A DNA stretch of 64,000 bases, taken from assembly GCA_934467435.1 (NCBI GenBank), contig CAKSLR010000001.1:67-64066 (forward strand), given 5' to 3'. Made by a program: the position numbers and the translations under genes. The DNA comes from an uncultured Eubacteriales bacterium (GTDB taxonomy: Bacteria; Bacillota; Clostridia; Oscillospirales; CAG-272). Positions 34,980 to 44,102 of this stretch are shown here, piece after piece. Positions within the stretch are counted from its first letter, which is position 1; every line of letters starts with the position of its first letter. Under the pieces are notes generated by a model. It saw nothing but the letters and a program-made list of their open reading frames with translations. It was not told the DNA's origin and did no database searches.

Positions 34980-35503
34980 CCTTCCGCCTCCGGCAGCAGG
35001 GTAATGACCGTTTCCCCGGTGCGGCAAACGAGTTTTTCAGGCACGCCGCCCGCCGACATCCGCACGGTGTACTCTGCCGTCCCGTCACGGAAAGTCAGGG
35101 TTGCCGCCCCCGATGCGTCCGTCTCGGTATGCGCCCCGCCCGGGTCGGCTAGAAAGAAGCAAAACACGGCAAAATGCGGCATATCCTCCGATGCGGGGCA
35201 AAGCACCCCGTCAAGAGAAAGCGTTGCCCCCGTCGCATTGCAGGCAGCCCGCACCCCGCGCAGCGTGTCAGGCGCGGTATAGGTCACCGCCAGGGCGCGC
35301 GTGCCGTCCGCCTCGGTGCGGACTTCCAGAATCCCCGCGTAGGCGGTGCCGTCCTCCTCCCATGTAGCGGAAAGGCGATGATCCGCTGCCGCAAAGCGGC
35401 GGTAGGCGGTAAGCGCCGCGGTTTCCCCCGCCCCACAGCCGCAAAACGGCAGTACCATGCCGAGAAGCAGCCAGAATGTGACCCATTTTCTTTTCATGTT
35501 CAT
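34976..35503 (-). CDS. Small secreted protein or lipoprotein, unknown function
   Basis: N-terminal MNMKRKWVTFWLLLGMVLPFCGCGAGE (signal peptide with Cys). Confidence 0.5.
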   Translation of the reverse strand: MNMKRKWVTFWLLLGMVLPFCGCGAGETAALTAYRRFAAADHRLSATWEEDGTAYAGILEVRTEADGTRALAVTYTAPDTLRGVRAACNATGATLSLDGVLCPASEDMPHFAVFCFFLADPGGAHTETDASGAATLTFRDGTAEYTVRMSAGGVPEKLVCRTGETVITLLPEAEG

Positions 35504-35691
35504 TCCCCCGCAAAACCGTCTTTTACCCTAAGATATATGCATCGGGGCAGAAAAATATGAGCAAAGACCGGGCGAGGATTGCGGCGTTCCGACTGCGGGC
35601 GCGGGGCGCCGGCGAGGGTCTCTTCTGCACAGGGGCGGCTGCCGCAGCAGAACCAAAACACGGGGCGGGACGGTGATATTCGAAGAAAACC

Positions 35692-35720
35692 TTGACTTTT
35701 CCTTTCGTTCGTGCTATACT
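35692..35720 (+). promoter_or_regulatory. Promoter of the DUF4430 lipoprotein gene
   Basis: TTGACT (35692-35697), 17-nt spacer, TATACT (35715-35720). Confidence 0.55.
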
Positions 35721-35754
35721 ACCCTCCGACAAAAGAAAAAAGGAGACGACTAAA

Positions 35755-36207
35755 ATGACCAAACTTCAACAAAACGGGCGCCGCATCGGCGCTGCTACGC
35801 TGCTGCTCTTCCTGCTGCTTTCCAGTATGCTTTGCAGCTGTGCCACCAACCCCCCCGCCCCCAACCCGACCCCCTCGACCGGCGGTACCAAAACCGAACT
35901 GACCCTCGGCACCGGGGCAACGACCGTCACGGTAACGGTGGTGGACGACAAGGAGAATCAGACGATTTACACCCTGCACACCGACAAAACCACCCTGCGG
36001 GAAGTGATGGACGAGCACAAACTGATCTCGGGCACCGATTCCCAGTACGGGCTGATGGTAGACACCGTTTGCGGCGTGCGCGCCGATTACAGCGCCAACC
36101 AGAGTTGGTGGAAGATTCTGATCGGGGAAGAAATGGCACCGACCGGGGTTGATGAGATCAAGCTGACCAACGGCGCATCCTATTCCTTCGTTTACACCAT
36201 CGGCTAA
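35755..36207 (+). CDS. DUF4430-like lipoprotein
   Basis: Start MTKLQQNGRRIGAATLLLFLLLSSMLCSC after AAAGGAG. C-terminal ...TLREVMDEHKLISGTDSQYGLMVDTVCGVRADYSANQSWWKILIGEEMAPTGVDEIKLTNGASYSFVY resembles DUF4430. Confidence 0.6.
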   Translation: MTKLQQNGRRIGAATLLLFLLLSSMLCSCATNPPAPNPTPSTGGTKTELTLGTGATTVTVTVVDDKENQTIYTLHTDKTTLREVMDEHKLISGTDSQYGLMVDTVCGVRADYSANQSWWKILIGEEMAPTGVDEIKLTNGASYSFVYTIG

Positions 36208-36216
36208 AGAAAAAAA

Positions 36217-36242
36217 GCACACCCACGGGGTGTGCTTTTTTT
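36217..36242 (+). terminator. Intrinsic terminator
   Basis: GCACACCC-acg-GGGTGTGC followed by TTTTTTT. Confidence 0.75.
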
Positions 36243-36300
36243 CGGGGGTTTTGCGGTTTTCCCTTTTGGTGTGGTTCCGGGTTCCTGCGGGAGCCTTTTT

Positions 36301-39300
36301 TTAATCCCATTGATCCGCAAAGAACGGAGTTCCGTCATCGGTCTCGACATCCTTCCCGTAAATGCGGCGGATGGCGCCGCGACGGAAGAAATCTTCGGCA
36401 AGTCCGTAATCGGGATAGGTATTGCCCGAAAATTCCACGTCCTCGCAAACCGTAAGATAGACCGTATATTTCGGGTGGGTGGCATCCTCCGGCGTAGCGC
36501 CCTCCGCAATGCCGCCGAACCGCCCGAAGCGGTTATCCTTTACCGTGACCCCCCGCACGCTGTTCAGCGCCAGGGCGTAGGTGTTATTGCGGGAAACCAT
36601 GACATTACCGATGATGCGGATGCCGGAATGAAACACCTGCCGCCCCTCCCGCGGCTGCGTGCAAAGCCCTGCCACCGAGATGGTTGCCTGCTGCACATCC
36701 TCGCCCGTGCGGAGATAGCAGCCGGTGTTTTCCATGTAGTTCTCGGAGATTTCCAGATTTTCAAACATCCCGGATTCGCCCCAATCGGTGCCCTGGTGGG
36801 CAAGTATGGCAGCCATGCCGAGATTGACGAACGAGCAGTGCGTCACCACCCCGTCCGACGCTTTCAGCACCAGCCCGCGCGCGCGGGCGTTGCGGACCAG
36901 GCAATTTTCAAACCGGTAGCCGGACGAGGAGCGGTTGCGGTTATCCACGCACACCTTCGGGTCAGTGGTGACGGTGGAAGAAAGATCGATGCCGACAAGA
37001 AGAGTGGGGTCAAACGCCTCGCGCGGCACGGTGACCTCATACACCGTATCGGTACCGCCGTAGACATTTTTTTCGGTGCGGAGAGGAACGGATGCGCTTT
37101 GCACGCGCCCGTCGCATACCACCATGCCGTCTGCCGTGTAGGCATAGAGCCGGTCGCCCACGCGGAAGGGGGCGCAGACGCTGCCCGCTACGCTGCCGTT
37201 GCGCTGCATGACGGCGGAAAGGTTGTTTTTGTAGCGCAGGACGACAGACCCGCCCTGTTCCTCATACCCGCAAAGGCGGCCATGGGCGGAGGTCTGGTTG
37301 GTGCCGTCGTCACACATCCCTTCAAAAAGGCAGGAGATGGCTTGCAGCCCCCTGGTGCTGTGGTTCGAGTGCGTGGCATCGACCGACGAGCAGAGCGGCG
37401 GCGTGCCGCGGCAGTTCCCGTCCGCATCCAGATACACGCCGAACGAAACGCCGTATTTCTCTTCCAGCGCGCGGTAACGGTCATACATTTCCCGGGAAAT
37501 CCGCGGGGCAAAGCCGGGGGTATCCCACAGGCGCAGGAGGGTGCAGCCCTCCCCCTCCACGTATCGGTCATTGTAGCAGAATCCGGCAGCGCCCAGCACC
37601 GTGACATCCTCCAGCCGGGGGGAGACGGCATCGGTCACCCACAGGACGGCACCGCCGACCCCGCGGCAGACAATGCTGTCGCCCACCGAAATCATCCGGT
37701 AAAGGGAGGCGTGATAGAAAAGGGTCAGAATGCCGGTTTCTTCGTCATACGAAATCACCTTGCCCCCCATATCGGCATACGGTTCGGCGTGCCCCGGGCG
37801 GTAGCCGTAGGTGGTGGAAGTCAAGCCGGTGAAGGAATAATACCTGCCGTCCAGCCAGTTTTCTATCATGCCGGCGCCGGCGATGGCCTGAATCTGCCCG
37901 TTTTCTTTGCCGATAACAACCATCTGCCCCGTGGAATTTTCCGTATGGTCGAGCATCCCGCCCTTCAGGGTAAAGCCGTCGGCGCCCTGCACATGAATGG
38001 TGGCGGTTTGATAGGAGGATTTTTGCCAATAGGTGCCGTAGGCGTAGACAACGGTGTTCTTTTTTGTCCCTGTGCCGAAAGTCACGGTGGCATCCAGCGC
38101 GTAGGCGCCGGGGAGGAGATAGACCGCATCCCGCTCCCGGCTCTCCTGTTCGAGAAATTCCCGCAGGCTGCGGCAGGCGCCCTCCCGTTCCCGCACGGCT
38201 CTGCGCACGGGCATGGTCAGGAAAAGTTCCTTATCCACCTTCGGCAGGAGGTCTTCATTGGCGCCGACACCGGGATAGGTACCGACGGCAGTGACCGTAT
38301 CTCCGCTGAGGTTTTGGTTGAACCCCAGATCGCGGGCGGCGGCGACGGTATTCTGATTGGCAAGGAGATAGTTGTTCTTCGCATAATACAGATTCCCTGC
38401 CAGCGTATTTTCGACAAAATAAGCGCTGTGGCAATCTTCGATCTTCGCATCGGTTGCCGTATTGCGTATGCAGGAGATATTTTTGGCGCAAGACAGGCGC
38501 AGGGTGGCGCCGGTACCCGCCATCAGGCGGTTACCCGCCAAAAGGAGGTTGGTTGCCCCCTGCGCCGTGAGCGCGCCGCGGAGCGTGGAGGCGCTCAGGC
38601 GGGAATCCCCCGCCGCAAGAACCACCGACCCGGCGGGAGAGGAAAAATAGCACCGATCGACATAAAAATCACTGCCGGAGGCGGAAAATGCGCACGCGCC
38701 GGCGCCGAACGCCGAGGCATACACGGTGGCGCCGGTCACTGCCTCGGCGGCAAATGCGGTACCGGTTGCCACAGCGCGGCAACCGGAAAGCGTCAGGTCC
38801 GTGCAGCCGGCGTGAAACGAAAATCCGTTGGTGCCGATGGCTTCCACCCCTTCCAGCACCAGCCCGTCGGAAGACGAAACTTCCATCGCGCTCCCGCTGC
38901 CCGCAGTGTTGACCCAGGTCAGGTCGGAAAGCGTGATATTCCGGGCGGCACGCACGGAAAGGGGGAAGTTCGCGAGAATCACCGCGCCGCCGAACGAGTA
39001 GGTACGACCGGAGACGCTTTCGATGGTGTAGCCGTCACCGCTGACGCGATAAACTTTGTTTTCCAGCGAACCGCTGCGCACCAGAGCGCGCAACTCGGAC
39101 GTCGTGATCTCTACGGTTCCGGCGGCGGTGCGACCGAGCAGGGGGAACCGATCGGCGGCGAGGTCGGTGCCGATCCCTTCGGTCGGGGTGTAGCCGCCGT
39201 TATCGCGGTTGCCGAGGGAAACCGGGGTATAAGTGCCTGCATAGGACGGCAGAACGGGAACATCCGGCTGCGGCTCTTCCGGTTTTTCATCGGGGTTTGG

Positions 39301-39444
39301 TTCCGGCTTGGCGGTGCCGCCGGTACTACCCGTTTTGTCCGGTGGCACAGGCGTGGGGGTCGGCGCACAGGCGACAAGGGAAAAGGAGAGGAAACAGAGC
39401 GAGAGCAGCCCTGCCAGAAGGCGGCAAATTTGCTTTTTTCTCAT
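36301..39444 (-). CDS. Large lipoprotein with right-handed parallel beta-helix (PbH1) repeats
   Basis: Start MRKKQICRLLAGLLSLCFLSFSLVAC (lipobox LVAC) at 39444. Pro/Glu-rich linker, then repeated ...NITLSDLTWVN..., ...LEISENYMENTG..., ...IRIIGNVMVSRNN..., ...VTVKDNRF. Confidence 0.75.
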   Translation of the reverse strand: MRKKQICRLLAGLLSLCFLSFSLVACAPTPTPVPPDKTGSTGGTAKPEPNPDEKPEEPQPDVPVLPSYAGTYTPVSLGNRDNGGYTPTEGIGTDLAADRFPLLGRTAAGTVEITTSELRALVRSGSLENKVYRVSGDGYTIESVSGRTYSFGGAVILANFPLSVRAARNITLSDLTWVNTAGSGSAMEVSSSDGLVLEGVEAIGTNGFSFHAGCTDLTLSGCRAVATGTAFAAEAVTGATVYASAFGAGACAFSASGSDFYVDRCYFSSPAGSVVLAAGDSRLSASTLRGALTAQGATNLLLAGNRLMAGTGATLRLSCAKNISCIRNTATDAKIEDCHSAYFVENTLAGNLYYAKNNYLLANQNTVAAARDLGFNQNLSGDTVTAVGTYPGVGANEDLLPKVDKELFLTMPVRRAVREREGACRSLREFLEQESRERDAVYLLPGAYALDATVTFGTGTKKNTVVYAYGTYWQKSSYQTATIHVQGADGFTLKGGMLDHTENSTGQMVVIGKENGQIQAIAGAGMIENWLDGRYYSFTGLTSTTYGYRPGHAEPYADMGGKVISYDEETGILTLFYHASLYRMISVGDSIVCRGVGGAVLWVTDAVSPRLEDVTVLGAAGFCYNDRYVEGEGCTLLRLWDTPGFAPRISREMYDRYRALEEKYGVSFGVYLDADGNCRGTPPLCSSVDATHSNHSTRGLQAISCLFEGMCDDGTNQTSAHGRLCGYEEQGGSVVLRYKNNLSAVMQRNGSVAGSVCAPFRVGDRLYAYTADGMVVCDGRVQSASVPLRTEKNVYGGTDTVYEVTVPREAFDPTLLVGIDLSSTVTTDPKVCVDNRNRSSSGYRFENCLVRNARARGLVLKASDGVVTHCSFVNLGMAAILAHQGTDWGESGMFENLEISENYMENTGCYLRTGEDVQQATISVAGLCTQPREGRQVFHSGIRIIGNVMVSRNNTYALALNSVRGVTVKDNRFGRFGGIAEGATPEDATHPKYTVYLTVCEDVEFSGNTYPDYGLAEDFFRRGAIRRIYGKDVETDDGTPFFADQWD

Positions 39445-39458
39445 GGTTGATTCCTTTC

Positions 39459-39482
39459 TTACGGGCATCTTTACGGGCATCT
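39459..39482. repeat. 12-nt tandem repeat x2 in the leader of the beta-helix lipoprotein gene
   Basis: ttacgggcatct repeated twice, 15 nt upstream of the start codon. Confidence 0.8.
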
Positions 39483-39503
39483 TTGCTGACGCTTTGCGGG
39501 CAG

Positions 39504-39573
39504 CGCCGCCGCGCAAAATGAGAGCGCGTTGCGGGATACGCCGCCGCGCGGAATGAGAGCGCGTTGCGGGATA
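39504..39573. repeat. 35-nt tandem repeat x2, plus partial copies on both sides
   Basis: cgccgccgcgcaaaatgagagcgcgttgcgggata / cgccgccgcgcggaatgagagcgcgttgcgggata (33/35 identical). The next partial copy forms the hairpin CGCCGCC-ggg-CGGCGGCG + TTTTTTT (39574-39598). Confidence 0.85.
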
Positions 39574-39611
39574 CGCCGCCGGGCGGCGGCGTTTTTTTCG
39601 GCGGCCGCGGT

Positions 39612-39650
39612 GGCAGAAAGAGCGCCCCTTCCACGAAGGGAAGGGGCGCT
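39612..39650 (-). terminator. Hairpin downstream of the small ORF at 39669-39815
   Basis: AGCGCCCCTTCC-acgaag-GGAAGGGGCGCT (12 bp), followed on the minus strand by CTTTCTGCC, a weak U-tract. Confidence 0.5.
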
Positions 39651-39668
39651 CGAGGGAAACCGAACCAA

Positions 39669-39815
39669 TCAGATATCGCGGATATCGGTAATGGTCAGAT
39701 CCGTATTGTCAATGTAATCCTTGCCGGTTTCGTTCTCATACTCATCGGATGCCATGATGACATCGGTGGCAGCGAAAGAAAGCAGCTCGGCTTCGGGGCG
39801 ATTATATTTTTTCAT
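39669..39815 (-). CDS. Unannotated small acidic ORF (48 aa), paralogue of 42447-42596
   Basis: Below the ORF-track size cutoff. MKKYNRPEAELLSFAATDVIMASDEYENETGKDYIDNTDLTITDIRDI. GGAGG (complement of 39824-39828) lies 8 nt upstream. It starts 17 nt after the stop of the 774-aa gene. Confidence 0.5.
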   Translation of the reverse strand: MKKYNRPEAELLSFAATDVIMASDEYENETGKDYIDNTDLTITDIRDI

Positions 39816-39832
39816 GTCTTTTGCCTCCTATC

Positions 39833-42157
39833 TTACGCGTTGTAGGCAGCGATTGCCTTGGAGAGTTCCATCATCGCGCAGACGAGTTCCGGCAGACCCT
39901 TTTCGTCGGAATCCATCATTCTGGCGGCAAAGGACTCTACGCTGTAGGTCATGTGGTAGCCATAGTAACGGACACGACCGTTCTGTACGCACAGACGCAT
40001 ATGATGTACTTCGGACAACTCACGCAGACCGATGTTTTCGATCAGGAAACTGTTCTTGCTATCCATCTTCAGACCGACACGATCGGCGTTCATGGTATCC
40101 TGATCGGTGCCGTGCTGCAGATAGATGGGGCAAGCTTTCTCGGTATCGGAAATATCGGCATAGATGCGGATGGAGATCTTGCTGTCCACGATCAGCGAGA
40201 AGGAGCGGAGCTCGGAAGCAGAGATCAACGTACCGATCTTTTCACCGTCAAACTTTGCGTAGTACAGAATCGACAGGTCAACCAGCCCCTTGAACGCATT
40301 ATCGAGTTTCGCATTGGCGAGATTCCCGGTATTGTAGTTGAAGTAAACCTGTGCGGCGGCACCGTAGTTCAGAATGCCGGCGAGCATTTCCTGCTCTTTG
40401 ATATCGGTGGTGGCGTTGAACTGGTTGTAAACCTTCTCCATCACGCTCATCTCGGTGACGGCAGACTGCACCAGCACTTCATCGCCCTTCTTTGCGTACA
40501 CCTGTACATACAGGGTATCGGCAATTTCCTTCGGGGAGAAGCCGTCATACACGCAGGAGTAAGAGAAATCACGGTTCAGGGTCATCGGCAGCGTAGCCAC
40601 GGCGTTGGCAGCCGTCTTTTCGCCGCTGACATTCTTATCCCAAACATACACACCGACTTCGGTGGAATCGAGATAAACGTCTTTGTTTGCGTAAGCAATG
40701 AAACTCAGACCGATGGTGTTATCGGCAACCACCTTTGCGTCTGCCACTTCCATGAAGTACTTCGCATCCGGCTTGCCGGAGGTGAAAGAAGTGATGTCAT
40801 AGAGCGAAACGACAGGGGTTGCGCACATAACCTTTACTTCGGACGGCACAGCGCTTGCCACAAAGTGCAACACATCGCCTTTCACAAGTTCCACGCCGGT
40901 CGGCATTCCGGAAGCGCTGACCACGCCGTTGGCATCCGAGGAAACGGTGACTTCTTTCAGAAGCGTGCCGTTCTTATAAACAGTCATCTTTGCGCTGGCG
41001 TTCTTTGCCGCTCTCAGGTTGTTATCCGAGAGACGCAGGTTGGTCAGCGAAAGGTCAGCCTTGGCATGAGCAATCGAGGTGTACTGGTAGGTCGGTGCGA
41101 ATTTACCGGCATCTTCGGTACCGAAGTTATAACCGCCGAGAATGGTATCGCTACCATACAGGTAAATGCCGTTGTACTTGCCGCCTTCCAGGAGTTCGCG
41201 GTCGCGACCTGCCCAAGCCTCGGTCAACTGTCTGCGCTGCCAGGGATATTCAATGAACTTACCGGCAGTCAGATCATAGTCGCCGAGTTTCCAGGTAGCG
41301 GAAGTCTGCTTGACCGTAGAATAGCCATTGACGTTACGCGCCACCGGCCAGTCATTGCTCATGGTATTGAAGGTTTCTGCCATGCGGGTCGGAACGGGAA
41401 CATAGCCATCTGCCCAGGTGATCTCCGGCGAAGCGGAAACACCGGCAGTCGTCTCACGACCGAACACGTACTGAATCTTATCGCCGATATTGACCTGCAC
41501 CTTATCCAGCGCCGTGCCTACCTGTTTCTTGAAATGTTCATTGTCCGTGACAACGGCGAACTTATCGCCATCCGTCATCGTAGCGCCCTTCGTCGGCCAG
41601 ATCATGGAACCGTTGATGAAAATGCCGAGACGAACGGCAGCCACTTCGCCGTCAGCCAGCAGGTCGCCGTCGCCGCTGCGAAGAACGGCGGCCATCGCTT
41701 TGAAGCCGATCTTTACGGTGCCTTCATAAGGCGCCTCATAAGTATAGACAAAACCGGAGGTGGAACCGTAGCCGGAACCGTCCGTCTTCTGTACATAATA
41801 CCGGGTATCAACATTCGGAATGTTCGAACGGGAAGCCAAAATAACCGTACCGTTATTGAGGTAAATAAAACTACCGTCGACCTGCCCCCAAGTGTTGCCG
41901 TTTTTCAGAATGGAGTACACCCTGTCAAAGTCATTCAGGGCGATGAGTTTGCCCTCGGCAAATTTACTCATGGTCCAGTTTCCGTTAAAGCCCGTGAAGG
42001 ACTGCCCCTCCACAAACGTAGGGTAGTTATCTCCCCCCAGCTCCAGAACGGTAGAAAAGCCCTTTGAATCAGCAGCCGTCAAGGAAATCAGCATAGCGGG
42101 AACCACCGCTGCTACCATGCAGACAGCCATGATCAAACTGAGAATGCGTTTTTTCAT
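39833..42157 (-). CDS. Large secreted protein, unknown function, low-GC gene
   Basis: Signal peptide MKKRILSLIMAVCMVAAVVPAMLISLTAADS. 774 aa, rich in N/K/Y/T/D. Consensus promoter and own terminator context. No family recognised. Confidence 0.7.
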   Translation of the reverse strand: MKKRILSLIMAVCMVAAVVPAMLISLTAADSKGFSTVLELGGDNYPTFVEGQSFTGFNGNWTMSKFAEGKLIALNDFDRVYSILKNGNTWGQVDGSFIYLNNGTVILASRSNIPNVDTRYYVQKTDGSGYGSTSGFVYTYEAPYEGTVKIGFKAMAAVLRSGDGDLLADGEVAAVRLGIFINGSMIWPTKGATMTDGDKFAVVTDNEHFKKQVGTALDKVQVNIGDKIQYVFGRETTAGVSASPEITWADGYVPVPTRMAETFNTMSNDWPVARNVNGYSTVKQTSATWKLGDYDLTAGKFIEYPWQRRQLTEAWAGRDRELLEGGKYNGIYLYGSDTILGGYNFGTEDAGKFAPTYQYTSIAHAKADLSLTNLRLSDNNLRAAKNASAKMTVYKNGTLLKEVTVSSDANGVVSASGMPTGVELVKGDVLHFVASAVPSEVKVMCATPVVSLYDITSFTSGKPDAKYFMEVADAKVVADNTIGLSFIAYANKDVYLDSTEVGVYVWDKNVSGEKTAANAVATLPMTLNRDFSYSCVYDGFSPKEIADTLYVQVYAKKGDEVLVQSAVTEMSVMEKVYNQFNATTDIKEQEMLAGILNYGAAAQVYFNYNTGNLANAKLDNAFKGLVDLSILYYAKFDGEKIGTLISASELRSFSLIVDSKISIRIYADISDTEKACPIYLQHGTDQDTMNADRVGLKMDSKNSFLIENIGLRELSEVHHMRLCVQNGRVRYYGYHMTYSVESFAARMMDSDEKGLPELVCAMMELSKAIAAYNA

Positions 42158-42215
42158 GTTTTTTTCCTTTCGTTACAATGGTTTGTATGAGTGCCCTAAA
42201 CCTCTACACACGTAT

Positions 42216-42244
42216 ATCATACCACAACCTTTTCGATTTGTCAA
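42216..42244 (-). promoter_or_regulatory. Consensus promoter of the 774-aa secreted protein gene
   Basis: On the minus strand: TTGACA (42244-42239), 17-nt spacer, TGg-TATGAT (42221-42216). Confidence 0.6.
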
Positions 42245-42382
42245 CAAATTGTTGGATTCTCGGCAGGGCGCGGACTGCCAAACTTCGGAGCCTTTTTTTG
42301 TACAGTTTGCACAAATGCAGAATGGCGCTTTTTCCCCGCAGAGCGCGGGAGCGCGCCGGCACGCTTTCTTTTTCCGCCCCGC

Positions 42383-42411
42383 TTGACAAAACCGCGGAGA
42401 TATGGTAAAAT
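42383..42411 (+). promoter_or_regulatory. Consensus promoter of the small ORF at 42447
   Basis: TTGACA (42383-42388), 17-nt spacer, TGg-TAAAAT (42406-42411). Confidence 0.55.
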
Positions 42412-42446
42412 GAGCGTAACGATTTTCCCCTGTGAGGTGAAAAAAG

Positions 42447-42596
42447 ATGGAAAAGCGCCCGTTTGATGCACCGCACGCGACCCTTGTGCTGTTTGGTACG
42501 CAGCCCTTTCTTCTGGCAAGTGACGAAAAAGAAGATGACGGTAAGAAGGACTGGGGCAACGACGGCATTGAACTGCCGCCCGTACCGCTGCGTTGA
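42447..42596 (+). CDS. Unannotated small acidic ORF (49 aa), paralogue of 39669-39815
   Basis: MEKRPFDAPHATLVLFGTQPFLLASDEKEDDGKKDWGNDGIELPPVPLR. GAGGTG lies 7 nt upstream. It has its own promoter and is followed by a 19-bp hairpin. It shares L-x2-F-x7-ASDE-x-E-x3-GK-x4-N with the other small ORF. Confidence 0.5.
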   Translation: MEKRPFDAPHATLVLFGTQPFLLASDEKEDDGKKDWGNDGIELPPVPLR

Positions 42597-42603
42597 AAAA
42601 AGA

Positions 42604-42646
42604 AACACACCGTGCCGCCGGGCAAGCCCCGGCGGCACGGTGTGTT
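42604..42646. terminator. 19-bp hairpin between the small ORF and malQ. It acts as a terminator at least for malQ.
   Basis: AACACACCGTGCCGCCGGG-caagc-CCCGGCGGCACGGTGTGTT. On the minus strand it is followed by TCTTTTTTC. Confidence 0.75.
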
Positions 42647-44078
42647 ATCTGCCGTAAAGATCGGCAAGCGCGGCAAAGCGGGCGGTATCCACGCGGGAGA
42701 GTTGCTCCTCCGTCACGCGGTAGGTCCAGTTCCCCGCCGCCGTGCCGGGGCGGTTGATGCGGGTATCCTCCCCGAAGCCGAGCAGATCCTGCAGGGGAAG
42801 GATGAGCAGATCGGCGTGTGAGGCGTACATTGTCCGGATCACGCAGGGGAGCGCCCCGTCAATTTCCGTGCCCGGGTAGCCGCAATAAGCAAAGACGCGG
42901 CGGCGGGTTGCCTCCGGCAGGGCGAAAAGATACCCGAGCAGCGTATTATTATCGTGCGTGCCGGTATATGCCACCGCGTGGGCGGGGTAGCGGTAGGGGA
43001 GGTGCGGGCTGTCCTTCTCCAAAAAGGCGAACTGCAGCACCCGCATACCGGGGAGCCCGCTGTAGGAAAGGAGTTCCTCCACATCCGGCGTATCGCCGCC
43101 AAGATCCTCGGCAACCAGCAGCTTTTCCCCTGCCGTGCGCCGTAGGACATCCATCAGTTCCCTGCCCGGTCCCCGCACCCATTTCCCCCCGCGTGCGTCG
43201 GTGGCGTCGGCGGGGATGCTGTAATAGGAGGCGAAGGCGCGGAAGTGGTCGATGCGCAGCCCGTCAAAGGAAGCCAGTTCGTGCCGGATGCGGTCGGTAA
43301 AAAAGGAGAATCCGTCCTCCCGCATGGCATCCCAGCGGTAGAGGGGGTTGCCCCAGAGTTGCCCCGTTTCGGAAAAGCAATCGGGCGGTACGCCGGCAAC
43401 AGCGGCGGGGGTGCCGTCCTCCCGGAGTTGGAAGATGCCCGGGTTTTCGTAGACATCGGCAGACTCGGCATCGACATAGATCGGAATATCGCCGAGCAGC
43501 CGCACGCCGTTTGCGGCGGCATAGGCATGCAGCGCATCAAACTGGCGGCAGAACTGATACTGCGTGAAGGCGAGGGCGAAATAATACGCACCGTCATACC
43601 GGTCGGTCACAAAGGCACGGGCGGGGCGGTCGTCGTTCGCACGCCGGAGCGCCATATAGCGGCAGAACGCCGCGGTGCGGGGGCGGGCGGCAAGAAATTC
43701 TTCCACCGCGGCGCGGTCCCCGAAACGGGCGGCGGCACGGGAGAGGAGCGCAAAGCGCTCCTCTCCCGTGCGGTCGTACTCGCAGGCAAAGGGATTCTGC
43801 CCGCGGGCGGCATCCAGTTCCGCCCGGGTGAGCAGCCCTTCCTCTGCGAGGGTCGGCAGATCGATGAAGGCGTAATTGTAACTGAACGCCGAAAACGACT
43901 TATAGGGAGAGTTGCCCTCCCCGGGCAGGCAGAAGGGCAGCACCTGCCACCAACGGAACCCGCCCGCCCGCAAAAAATCCACAAACCTGCGTGCCTCGCG
44001 CCCGAAGGAACCGACGCTGTAAGCGCCCGGCAGCGAGAACACCGGCAAAAGAACGCCGCTTGCACGTGAAAGTTTCAA
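42645..44078 (-). CDS. malQ: 4-alpha-glucanotransferase (amylomaltase, GH77)
   Basis: SGVLLPVFSLPG...GSFG...FVDFL...WQVLPF N-terminus, and GH77-like length (477 aa). Confidence 0.85.
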   Translation of the reverse strand: MKLSRASGVLLPVFSLPGAYSVGSFGREARRFVDFLRAGGFRWWQVLPFCLPGEGNSPYKSFSAFSYNYAFIDLPTLAEEGLLTRAELDAARGQNPFACEYDRTGEERFALLSRAAARFGDRAAVEEFLAARPRTAAFCRYMALRRANDDRPARAFVTDRYDGAYYFALAFTQYQFCRQFDALHAYAAANGVRLLGDIPIYVDAESADVYENPGIFQLREDGTPAAVAGVPPDCFSETGQLWGNPLYRWDAMREDGFSFFTDRIRHELASFDGLRIDHFRAFASYYSIPADATDARGGKWVRGPGRELMDVLRRTAGEKLLVAEDLGGDTPDVEELLSYSGLPGMRVLQFAFLEKDSPHLPYRYPAHAVAYTGTHDNNTLLGYLFALPEATRRRVFAYCGYPGTEIDGALPCVIRTMYASHADLLILPLQDLLGFGEDTRINRPGTAAGNWTYRVTEEQLSRVDTARFAALADLYGR

Positions 44079-44102
44079 AAGAACACCTGCCTTTTTTGCA
44101 AT

